Part shown: in pieces, positions 27,391 through 34,544 of the stretch
How the letters are laid out: each line of letters opens with the position of its first letter
Position numbering within the stretch: the first letter of the stretch is position 1
IMG/VR virus record: IMGVR_UViG_3300038679_000357
Coordinates: 1 to 64,000 of that record
DNA: 64,000 nucleotides
Strand: one strand, 5' to 3'
From: a virus
Lineage: Duplodnaviria; Caudoviricetes
Notes under the pieces: model-generated
Told to the model about the DNA's origin: nothing
The model's database searches: none
What the model saw: the letters and a program-made list of their open reading frames with translations, nothing else
Made by a program: the position numbers and the translations under genes

Positions 27391-27779
27391 CACCAACCTC
27401 CCGCCTTGAACGTCCCGAACGGAGCGGCGATGACCGACGTGCCGTCTGCGGCGACGGGTTGCAACGCCTGCAGTATCCTGCTGACACCGGACGGATTGAG
27501 GGAATGGACGATGACGGTGTGCGGGCGGCTGCCCTGCACCTCCATGAACGACGTGACGTGTTCGGCGGCACGGTAGCCGGTGTTCGATTCGTCGCTGTCG
27601 ACGAAAGCTTTTCCGCCGAGGTCGTGGTCGAGGAATACTAAGTCGGTGTGGCATTTTGCCATATACGACGACTTGAATGCCTCGACCGTGGTGCAAATCG
27701 TCAGATCATGCGAGTTACCGTAGGACTTGACGAACCAGGCGATGCGCTTGGGACAGTCTTCAAGTACGAGTATGTTCAT
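27390..27779 (-). CDS. cREC-like protein, copy B
   Basis: ILVLED, FLDHDLGG, TGY, IVHSLN. Confidence 0.75.
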   Translation of the reverse strand: MNILVLEDCPKRIAWFVKSYGNSHDLTICTTVEAFKSSYMAKCHTDLVFLDHDLGGKAFVDSDESNTGYRAAEHVTSFMEVQGSRPHTVIVHSLNPSGVSRILQALQPVAADGTSVIAAPFGTFKAGGW

Positions 27780-27826
27780 TGCTCTCTCCGTTTCTCGAAA
27801 ATATGCTCGAACGGACTATTTTCAAG

Positions 27827-27900
27827 TGGTAGTCCCACCAGGATTCGAACCTGGACAAACAGAGTCAGAGTCTGTTGTGCTACCGTTACACCAAGGGACT
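27827..27900 (-). tRNA. tRNA-Gln(CTG)
   Basis: ACAGA-CTCTGAC-TCTGT. Confidence 0.9.
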
Positions 27901-27987
27901 TGGTGCCTTCGGGGGGATTCGGACCCCCACGCCCTTGCGGGCACAGCGCCCTGAACGCTGCATGTCTGCCAATTTCACCACGAAGGC
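27901..27987 (-). tRNA. tRNA-Leu(CAG)
   Basis: CAGCG-TTCAGGG-CGCTG, variable arm. Confidence 0.95.
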
Positions 27988-28001
27988 ATTAAATGAAAAG
28001 A

Positions 28002-28077
28002 TGGTGACGGGTCTTGGGGTCGAACCAAGTTCTACGGTTTTTCAGACCGTCGCAATCACCGGACTTGCTCACCCGCC
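28002..28077 (-). tRNA. tRNA-Phe(GAA)
   Basis: ACGGT-CTGAAAA-ACCGT. Confidence 0.95.
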
Positions 28078-28082
28078 GTAAA

Positions 28083-28670
28083 TTATTTTCTACTTCTACA
28101 AAAAGTCCCCTGTTGGCTATTGCACTGCGGACAAAGTAACCGCAAATTTTCCATTCGATAATCTGTACTGATGCCGTTAATATGATCAAGAACCATCACC
28201 AGTGGTTTTCCACGCCATTCCGGTCCCTGTTTACATAAACAGCACTCATTTTTTACGATCCCATTCTTCAATAGATACCTCTTCGCAGTTCCTCTGTGTG
28301 CTTTTGATTCCACACAAAAGATACTTTCCAAAGGAAGAGATGGACGACGACCGCGACCGCAAGATTTTCCCTTCATATGAGAAAGGTCGACATTGTGCCT
28401 TGACACATATGAACGAACTGTATCATAATTACCAGGACGAATCGAAAGCCCGACTTTAAGTAATGCATCAGATATCGTCTCGGAATTCTTGATAGCATCC
28501 ATCATCTGGGCGTCGGTCCATTTCTTTTTTCGGAATGATTTTGGGGCGGTTTTTAACCCATACTTATCAAGCCAAAATCTAACTGTGGTTGGTGACTTTC
28601 CAAGTTTAGCCGATATTTGACGGATCGAAAGTCCATCGCTGATCAGTTCTTCAAGACAGCTCTTTTCCAT
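28083..28670 (-). CDS. HNH homing endonuclease with N-terminal HTH
   Basis: CCLC..LDHING..DYRMENLRLLCPQCN. Confidence 0.85.
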   Translation of the reverse strand: MEKSCLEELISDGLSIRQISAKLGKSPTTVRFWLDKYGLKTAPKSFRKKKWTDAQMMDAIKNSETISDALLKVGLSIRPGNYDTVRSYVSRHNVDLSHMKGKSCGRGRRPSLPLESIFCVESKAHRGTAKRYLLKNGIVKNECCLCKQGPEWRGKPLVMVLDHINGISTDYRMENLRLLCPQCNSQQGTFCRSRK

Positions 28671-28734
28671 AACAACATTTCCATTATTACTGATTTATCT
28701 CTAACACATACTGTCTTTATTATACCGTAGATGC

Positions 28735-28763
28735 AATTATACTACCAACTGAGCTATCCGTCC
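28735..28763 (-). pseudogene. 5' tRNA remnant
   Basis: GGACGGATAGCTCAGTTGGTAG then divergence, just upstream of the HNH gene. Confidence 0.6.
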
Positions 28764-28769
28764 ATAAAA

Positions 28770-28855
28770 TGGTACAGTCGGGGGGACTCGAACCCCCACC
28801 CCTTGCGGGACCAACCCCTCAAATTGGCGTGTTTGCCCAATTACACCACGACTGC
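28770..28855 (-). tRNA. tRNA-Leu(GAG)
   Basis: CCAAT-TTGAGGG-GTTGG. Confidence 0.95.
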
Positions 28856-28866
28856 ATTCTGAAAAT

Positions 28867-28950
28867 TGGTACCCGGAACAGGATTTGAACCTGCACGTCA
28901 AAGACACCAGATCCTAAGTCTGGCGCGGCTGCCAATTACGCCATCCGGGC
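28867..28950 (-). tRNA. tRNA-Leu(TAG)
   Basis: CCAGA-CTTAGGA-TCTGG. Confidence 0.95.
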
Positions 28951-28957
28951 ATCGAAA

Positions 28958-29037
28958 TGGTTGCTGCAGCAGGAATCGAACCTACTTTCCGACAGGGCAT
29001 GCGACCTGCCACGATCTCCGACCGTCCTACAGCAGCC
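28958..29037 (-). ncRNA. tRNA-like RNA with 8-nt anticodon loop
   Basis: GGCAGG-TCGCATGC-CCTGTC, canonical T arm, CCA. Confidence 0.65.
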
Positions 29038-29092
29038 ATACGGACGCAGCGCTACGTTACCGCATGGCATTATGTGGCTTTCGCCACGTAAA

Positions 29093-29187
29093 TGGTCCGT
29101 CAGGTGGGACTTGAACCCACATCAACCCCTTAGCCGGGGACATCCTTACCGTGTTAAAACACGGAATTTCCATTAGACGACTGACGA
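29093..29187 (-). ncRNA. tRNA-like RNA with hairpin inserted in the D loop
   Basis: GTCTAATGG[AAATT-CCGTGT-TTTA-ACACGG]TAAGGAT; loop CGGCTAA; T arm and CCA intact. Confidence 0.75.
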
Positions 29188-29188
29188 A

Positions 29189-29264
29189 TGGTGGCTCCAG
29201 CGGGAATCGGACCCGCGACCCACGCCTTAAAAGGGCGTTGCTCTACCAACTGAGCTACGGAACC
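29189..29264 (-). tRNA. tRNA-Lys(TTT)
   Basis: ACGCC-CTTTTAA-GGCGT. Confidence 0.95.
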
Positions 29265-29530
29265 GATACTTTTTCGTTAACATAAGTTAACAAATGCATG
29301 ATAGATGTTTAGTCCATCAAGGGGGTATCTCCCAAAGAAAGTTGCTGCGAACAGCAACTTTCGCATGGCTTGGTGGTCGTTTCGGTATGCCTTCTGGATA
29401 CTGAGAAACAAACCACTCAAACTCTAGTTGACAGTGATTGTCGGAAAACCGATGCAATATATCAACCATAATCTCTCAAATTATAGAGCCAATCTGCATG
29501 AAATTCAAGAACATAGAAAGATAAATCAAA
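29263..29530 (-). repeat. ~270 bp direct repeat, copy 1 (promoter, 50-aa ORF 29469-29317, hairpins)
   Basis: Near-identical to 33131-33408. Confidence 0.9.
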
Positions 29531-29621
29531 AATTCTTCAACAGTTAAATAGCCTTGAATGCTATCAAATTTGCAACTATAATATTGTTGGTCTAAAATTT
29601 AAACCACACAATGAGAAAACT

Positions 29622-30038
29622 TTGACAAAAACCATCGATTGTATCAGCTTTGATGAGAAAATTAAGGAAGCTCTTGGAGATCGCTTTAATGAGGCGACCG
29701 CATATAGTTCCTTTTACACCCAAAAGAAGATGAACAGAAATCTTAATATCCATGTCGTCTGTAAGGATTTAAAACCGCCGACGATTGGGACCTTCTTTGC
29801 TTTCAGTACAAGCATCTGTCTTTCTCCCGTAGAACCAGAAAAGATACTTTGGGCATTAGCAGTTCAATTAGTATATGCGTCAACAGTTGAAATGGGACAA
29901 TTTGAATTCAAGAACATCTTTCCAGAAAAAGAGGCGATTGACTACATTCAAGAATACAATCGATGTGGAATCGGAAGAATCACAATTCCTCATACATGGC
30001 TTGTGTGGTATGGCAATCACTCTTCCATATGCCAGTGA
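29622..30038 (+). CDS. hypothetical protein
   Basis: 138 aa ORF, TTG start. Confidence 0.5.
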   Translation: MTKTIDCISFDEKIKEALGDRFNEATAYSSFYTQKKMNRNLNIHVVCKDLKPPTIGTFFAFSTSICLSPVEPEKILWALAVQLVYASTVEMGQFEFKNIFPEKEAIDYIQEYNRCGIGRITIPHTWLVWYGNHSSICQ

Positions 30039-30061
30039 ATTTTACACCATTTTCCACTTCC

Positions 30062-30137
30062 TGGTGTCCCCACCGGGATTCGAACCCGGATTGACGGCGT
30101 GAGAAGCCGTTTTCCTAGCCATTTAGAAGATGAGGAC
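30062..30137 (-). tRNA. tRNA-Glu(CTC)
   Basis: ACGGC-TTCTCAC-GCCGT. Confidence 0.95.
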
Positions 30138-30145
30138 AGAAAAGA

Positions 30146-30253
30146 AACGGGAGACGGGACTCGAACCCGCGAAGCTCGCGCATTGGCAAGCGCCTCGATA
30201 CCAACTTCTCACTAACCACTCTTGTGAAGTGTGCCATATTACACCACTCCCGT
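30146..30253 (-). ncRNA. tRNA-Gly(GCC)-like RNA with ~30 nt insert after the D arm
   Basis: ACGGGAG/CTCCCGT, D arm, TTGCCAA loop, T arm; no encoded CCA. Confidence 0.65.
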
Positions 30254-30257
30254 TTCC

Positions 30258-30334
30258 TGGTGTCCCCGCCGGGGCTCGAACCCGGATTGGCGGCTTGAAG
30301 GGCCGCCCTCCTGAACCAGTTAGAGGACAGGGAC
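30258..30334 (-). tRNA. tRNA-Glu(TTC), C33
   Basis: GCGGC-CCTTCAA-GCCGC. Confidence 0.9.
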
Positions 30335-30350
30335 AAAAAGAACTTAAAAT

Positions 30351-30425
30351 TGGGTCGCCCAACCGGATTTGAACCGGTGCTAGATGTGCCACAAACATCT
30401 GTGCTACCACTACACCATGAGCAAC
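30351..30425 (-). tRNA. tRNA-His(GTG)
   Basis: GATGT-TTGTGGC-ACATC, G-1/C73. Confidence 0.95.
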
Positions 30426-30502
30426 TGGTGGAACTAGAGAGACTTGAACTCTCGACCCCCTGCGTGCCACGCAGGTGCTCTAGCCAACTGAGCTATAGCC
30501 CC
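30426..30502 (-). tRNA. tRNA-Ala(GGC)
   Basis: G3:U70, CCTGC-GTGGCAC-GCAGG. Confidence 0.95.
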
Positions 30503-30510
30503 ATTAAGAA

Positions 30511-30679
30511 AGCCACCGTTTCCACCGGACGGGGCGACCAATCCCCGCGAGTGGAAACAACGGCAAGAAGAAAATGTCCAGGACCCGTCGATCCTTACCC
30601 CATGATTCCGTATCGCGAATGAGAATGCATGGGACAACTACGATCATCAGCCTACGCGGGCGTAGACCGTAGCAGGACA
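30511..30679 (-). ncRNA. two unassigned structured RNA domains
   Basis: TGTCC/GGACA enclosing CTACG/CGTAG and CCCATG/CATGGG; GTTTCCAC/GTGGAAAC enclosing CGGGG/CCCCG. Confidence 0.5.
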
Positions 30680-30687
30680 AAAATTAT

Positions 30688-30819
30688 TGGTGCCCGCCAG
30701 CCGGATTCCAACCGACCTCAGCACCCGCCGGTGCCTTCGCTTCACTACTCCGTCCATATGCGAAAAGAACGGAGCCGACGTCGAACGAGTGGGTTTTGCA
30801 ATTCCCATTATGCGGGGCA
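30688..30819 (-). ncRNA. tRNA-shaped RNA (132 nt) with long arms
   Basis: Acceptor, TGGG/CCCA D stem, CTCCGTTC/GGACGGAG, variable arm GCACC/GGTGC, T arm, CCA. Confidence 0.7.
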
Positions 30820-30825
30820 TTAAAT

Positions 30826-30974
30826 TGGACCGCGTGGGGAGATTCGAACTCCCGGTACGGGCGTGTCGAGGTCCATGCGCATGGGCGCGGGATCGTTTCC
30901 GTACTTTATGCGGCTCAGCCACTTGGAACCTGCAGGAATGCGCATCCCTACAAGCCTCGCAGCCGCCACGCGGA
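30826..30974 (-). ncRNA. tRNA-shaped RNA (149 nt) with ~50 nt anticodon insert
   Basis: CCGCGTG/CACGCGG, GGGAT/ATCCC, GGGAG-TTCGAAT-CTCCC, CCA. Confidence 0.75.
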
Positions 30975-30976
30975 TT

Positions 30977-31053
30977 TGGTGCGCCCGACAGGAATTGAAC
31001 CTGCAACCTCGTGAGTAAGAGTCACTTGCTCTACCAGATTAAGCTACGGACGC
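30977..31053 (-). tRNA. tRNA-Lys(CTT)
   Basis: GTGA-CTCTTAC-TCAC. Confidence 0.9.
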
Positions 31054-31058
31054 ATGGA

Positions 31059-31163
31059 TGGAGCCGGAAGGGCGTCCCGCCGGACGTGCGTTCCCAACCG
31101 GCATAAAGGGTTCGGTAGGCGTCACGACAGGGGGCGAACCATCTTTGTCGCGAGGCGTACCGA
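31059..31163 (-). ncRNA. unassigned structured RNA ending in CCA
   Basis: TCGGTA/TACCGA, GCGACA/TGTCGT, CCGG/CCGG. Confidence 0.4.
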
Positions 31164-31170
31164 TATTTGT

Positions 31171-31247
31171 TGGTCGGCCCGACTGGATTTGAACCAGCGG
31201 CTTCTACGTCCCGAACGTAGCGCTCTACCAGGCTGAGCCACGAGCCG
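31171..31247 (-). tRNA. tRNA-Pro(CGG)
   Basis: CTACG-TTCGGGA-CGTAG. Confidence 0.95.
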
Positions 31248-31255
31248 ATCGAAAT

Positions 31256-31330
31256 TGGAGCTTCCCGGCAGACTTGAACTGCCCTCTGGGACTTACGAAA
31301 TCCCTGCATCGCCGACAATGCTTGGGAAGC
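31256..31330 (-). tRNA. tRNA-Thr(CGT)
   Basis: GGGAT-TTCGTAA-GTCCC. Confidence 0.9.
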
Positions 31331-31332
31331 AA

Positions 31333-31408
31333 TGGTAGTCCCACCTGGACTCGAACCAGAAGCTAGATGGATCAAAGCCATCTGTGCAAGCCATTACACT
31401 ATGGGACT
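31333..31408 (-). tRNA. tRNA-Gln(TTG)
   Basis: GATGG-CTTTGAT-CCATC. Confidence 0.9.
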
Positions 31409-31422
31409 AGAAATCTGGACCG

Positions 31423-31677
31423 CTACTTGGATTTAAACTTTCCAGGCAGCCAAAAACTTCTGAGGATGCGGTGGGCGCGGAGGAGTACCTTCTCCAGTTC
31501 GCCCTTATTGGTGCGGTCAATCGCGTCGAGGACGCGCTTCTCAGTACGCCACCCGTCGTGCCCCATTCCAGCTCTTTCGGCTATTTCATGCAACAGGTAG
31601 CTGTCACCGGACATAACTGCCGGAAACTCCTTCTCCCTGAGATATTCGGCGGCGATAGCCGCAACCGACTTTTTCAT
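31423..31677 (-). CDS. hypothetical protein
   Basis: 84 aa, AAGGA SD. Confidence 0.6.
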   Translation of the reverse strand: MKKSVAAIAAEYLREKEFPAVMSGDSYLLHEIAERAGMGHDGWRTEKRVLDAIDRTNKGELEKVLLRAHRILRSFWLPGKFKSK

Positions 31678-31779
31678 GGCATTTCCTTGTGATTGATGGA
31701 GCTGACGTGGGCGAAACACTCATTTACCGTAGTGCTGCCAGAGTACCGGCAAATCCATTTTCTATCCTTTATAAAAAAT

Positions 31780-31876
31780 TTCAATCATGACCAACGGCGG
31801 ATTTCCAATGAAGCGCCTGTCCTTCCTCGCCGCCGTACAGCTTTCGCAGTGGACAAGTCCTCGGTCCATGATCGAA
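31780..31876 (-). ncRNA. candidate ~95 nt structured RNA
   Basis: ATCATG-GACC/GGTC-ATGAT closing stem, ACGGCGG/CCGCCGT, GGAC/GTCC. Confidence 0.45.
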
Positions 31877-31954
31877 TGGTGGAACTGACGGGGGTCGAAC
31901 CCGTGACCTACTGGTTGCGGACCAGTCGCTCTAGCCAAACTGAGCTACAGCCCC
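31877..31954 (-). tRNA. tRNA-Ala(CGC), C33
   Basis: ACTGG-TCCGCAA-CCAGT. Confidence 0.9.
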
Positions 31955-31966
31955 ATTATGAGATAT

Positions 31967-32043
31967 TGGTGGAACCTATCGGGTTCGAACCGATGACATT
32001 CTGCTTGCAAAGCAGACGCTCTAGCCAACTGAGCTAAGGCCCC
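31967..32043 (-). tRNA. tRNA-Ala(TGC)
   Basis: TCTGC-TTTGCAA-GCAGA. Confidence 0.95.
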
Positions 32044-32072
32044 ATTGAATATCCAAAATAATTAACAATTGG

Positions 32073-32672
32073 TTATTTTTTGCTTCGATTGAATCTCTTG
32101 CTCTTCCCTTTATTCAAATTTCCATAAGTCTCGGTCAAGCTATGACAATTAGGACATATAAGCTCTATGTTGGAAGGTCTACTGTTTGAACAATCACCAT
32201 CTATATGATGAACTGTAAGTGGAACCTTTTTTGTATGTTCGTTCATCTTATTCCACCCGCATTTTTGGCAACAATTATTATACTTTTCCAACAACCACCT
32301 TCTAACATAATTAGAAACTGCAATTGTGGAATCATTATTCGCGTTGCCACTTTCCTCACCAGAAAGCCATCGATCGATGTACTTCAGATAGCGATAATCG
32401 CAACTGCATTTAGACGAGCAAAAAGTATTTTTTCTTTGTTTATTATCGCCTCCACAATGAAGACATTTGGAAGTCCCCTTCCTTTTCTTCCTGGCGTTGT
32501 TGTAGGAGGCCGAGCATGAAGAATTACAAAATTTTCTTTTCTTTGTATCACTAGGCTTTTCATACCCCTTTACCGTCAAGATTTCGCCACAATACAGACA
32601 AAAACACGGATCGTTATCGTATTTCTCCAAAGCTCTTTTTCTTAGTACACCGATACTGTCTGACATTTTCAA
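32073..32672 (-). CDS. HNH homing endonuclease
   Basis: CQKC..VHHIDG..NIELICPNCHS; N-terminal Cys motifs. Confidence 0.85.
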   Translation of the reverse strand: MKMSDSIGVLRKRALEKYDNDPCFCLYCGEILTVKGYEKPSDTKKRKFCNSSCSASYNNARKKRKGTSKCLHCGGDNKQRKNTFCSSKCSCDYRYLKYIDRWLSGEESGNANNDSTIAVSNYVRRWLLEKYNNCCQKCGWNKMNEHTKKVPLTVHHIDGDCSNSRPSNIELICPNCHSLTETYGNLNKGKSKRFNRSKK

Positions 32673-32746
32673 TCTCCTGAAGTTATTCAGGAGTATTCCG
32701 AAATGTCAACGACAATCCCTTTGTTGATATAGTAGCAATTTCGACT

Positions 32747-32820
32747 TGGAGCGTCCAGCGGGAATCGAACCCGCCTGACCAGCTTGGGAAGCTGGGACAT
32801 TACCACTATGCTATGGACGC
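32747..32820 (-). tRNA. tRNA-Gly(CCC)
   Basis: CCAGC-TTCCCAA-GCTGG. Confidence 0.95.
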
Positions 32821-33030
32821 ACGGCTCCCGGTCGAGCAGGAGCTAATGCCCTTCATCCGACTACGCTCTCGACAGCTTCCGCGCCGGATGAAGAGACTTG
32901 GAGCGTCCGGCGGGAATTGAACCCGCCTATCCACGTTGGCAACGTGGAGCATTACCACTATGCTACGGACGCACGGCTCCCGGTCGAGCAGGAGCTTAAT
33001 ACCCTTCACCGTACTACGCTCTCGACAGCT
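32821..33030 (-). repeat. duplicated ~58 nt leader abutting both Gly tRNAs (32821-32878, 32973-33030)
   Basis: acggctcccggtcgagcaggagct...ctacgctctcgacagctt occurs twice. Confidence 0.85.
32899..32972 (-). tRNA. tRNA-Gly(GCC)
   Basis: CCACG-TTGCCAA-CGTGG. Confidence 0.95.
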
Positions 33031-33130
33031 TACATGCACTGTGTCAATGATACTCGGTAGAGTATCCACACTTTCTACACGTTAGATTCCTCTGCGTTGA
33101 TTGTCAAGTGGTCTCGACATCTTCGGCGTT

Positions 33131-33408
33131 CCGATACTTTTTCGTTAACATAAGTTAACAAATGCATGATAGATGTTTAGTCCATCAAGGGGGTATCTCC
33201 CAAAGAAAGTTGCTGCGAACAGCGACTTTCGCATGGCTTGGTGGTCGTTTCGGTATGCCTTCTGGATACTGAGAAACAACTAGCTGACAGTGATTGTCGG
33301 AAAACCGATGCAATATGTCAACCATAATCTCTCAAATTCATAGAGCCAATCTGCATGAAATTCAAGAACATAGAAAGATAAATCAAAAAATTATTCAACA
33401 GTTAAACA
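33131..33408 (-). repeat. ~270 bp direct repeat, copy 2 (46-aa ORF 33325-33185)
   Basis: Near-identical to 29263-29530. Confidence 0.9.
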
Positions 33409-33466
33409 ACCCTTTCGGGTATCGTTCCGTTTTTACGATCGGGCGTCCATTTGCCCACACTTCGGT

Positions 33467-33542
33467 TGGAGCCCGCGCCCGGAATTGGACCGGGGACCTT
33501 CAACTTACCAAGTTGACGCTCTACCAACTGAGCTACGTGGGC
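33467..33542 (-). tRNA. tRNA-Thr(GGT)
   Basis: TCAAC-TTGGTAA-GTTGA. Confidence 0.95.
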
Positions 33543-33554
33543 ATTAAAAAGAAT

Positions 33555-33721
33555 CCGACCGACCGGCGGGAGTCGAACCCGCAAATAATGCCCGCGTTGG
33601 ACTGCAGACATTTGGACGGTTTTTGCCATGATTCCAAACTACGCAGGATCGCCCTGCGCGGTCATTCCTTGTTAACGGCTTGACCTCGACCGTGTATGCC
33701 ATTTCCACCACGGTCAGTCGG
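33555..33721 (-). ncRNA. tRNA-shaped RNA (167 nt) with four hairpins replacing the anticodon arm
   Basis: 11-bp acceptor CCGACTGACCG/CGGTCGGTCGG, Leu-type D arm, canonical T arm. Confidence 0.8.
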
Positions 33722-33734
33722 CTTCTTTGATTAT

Positions 33735-34391
33735 TTATTCCTTAGACAATTCGACGTTCCAGTACAATCTTGACAAGAACCTTTCCCACTGTTGTGGTAT
33801 TTGGATCGGAGCGATAATCTTCCGAGAGCGCCGACTGTTTCTAATTTCAGTTGAAGTTGGCACATACGGCTTTTTCATCAGCTTCATGCCAGCTTCGTCT
33901 GGGAGCATGTCCTTCTTCTTATCGTTGCAAGAAATACAGGAGAGGACGATGTTCGTCCATTCTGTACGTCCGCCACGACACCTTGGAATGACGTGATCGA
34001 GATTCAAGGTCGTTTCTTCCTCGGTTGCGCCACAGTATTGACACTTATGGCGGTCTCGAATAAAAAGATTTATCCTTGAGAATCTCGCTGGGAGTTTGCC
34101 ATTCTTGCCGTCCAACCGACTACAGGTTGAGGCATGGTTGTAATAACGAAGAGCGATAACATGCGGGACTGGCAGTTCTCCAGAAGCGAGTTTAATCACT
34201 TCCTTTTCAGAGGCAATGCAAAGATCCTTTGCAGCCTGCCAATCTCCGAGCCACTCATCGAACGACCTTGCCTGGTCGTATTCATCGATGACATCAGCTC
34301 TTTCATTATAGAGGAGTTGTACGGCTCTGTGTAGAGAAACGGAATAGACAGCCTGCCGCAAGGCGTCTAACACCAACACTGGATGTTTCAT
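33735..34391 (-). CDS. HNH endonuclease (McrA-like)
   Basis: NLFIRDRHKCQYCG, LDHVIPR, WTNIVLSCISCNDKK. Confidence 0.9.
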   Translation of the reverse strand: MKHPVLVLDALRQAVYSVSLHRAVQLLYNERADVIDEYDQARSFDEWLGDWQAAKDLCIASEKEVIKLASGELPVPHVIALRYYNHASTCSRLDGKNGKLPARFSRINLFIRDRHKCQYCGATEEETTLNLDHVIPRCRGGRTEWTNIVLSCISCNDKKKDMLPDEAGMKLMKKPYVPTSTEIRNSRRSRKIIAPIQIPQQWERFLSRLYWNVELSKE

Positions 34392-34455
34392 GGCATGTCC
34401 TTTTTCGTTGTTTCCCTACTCCGTTATTCAACGGGAGATAGGCGGTTTCTTGTTT

Positions 34456-34544
34456 TGGTGGGTGCTGAAGGAGTTGAACCTTCCGCCCGCCGCCGCACAT
34501 ATTAAAGGCGCGGGTTTTACAGACCCGCGTGTGGAACAGCACCC
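34456..34544 (-). tRNA. tRNA-Tyr(GTA) apparently lacking a D arm
   Basis: GGGTGCT/AGCACCC, GCGGGT-CTGTAAA-ACCCGC, long variable region, CCA. Confidence 0.75.

Noticed and set aside
30688-30819. tRNA-Sec
   Set aside because: It has a long D stem and variable arm but no UCA anticodon loop.
9410-33721. Group I introns or tmRNA as the explanation of the oversized tRNAs
   Set aside because: The inserts are 20-100 nt, too short for a group I core, and there is no Ala-type acceptor with a tag ORF.
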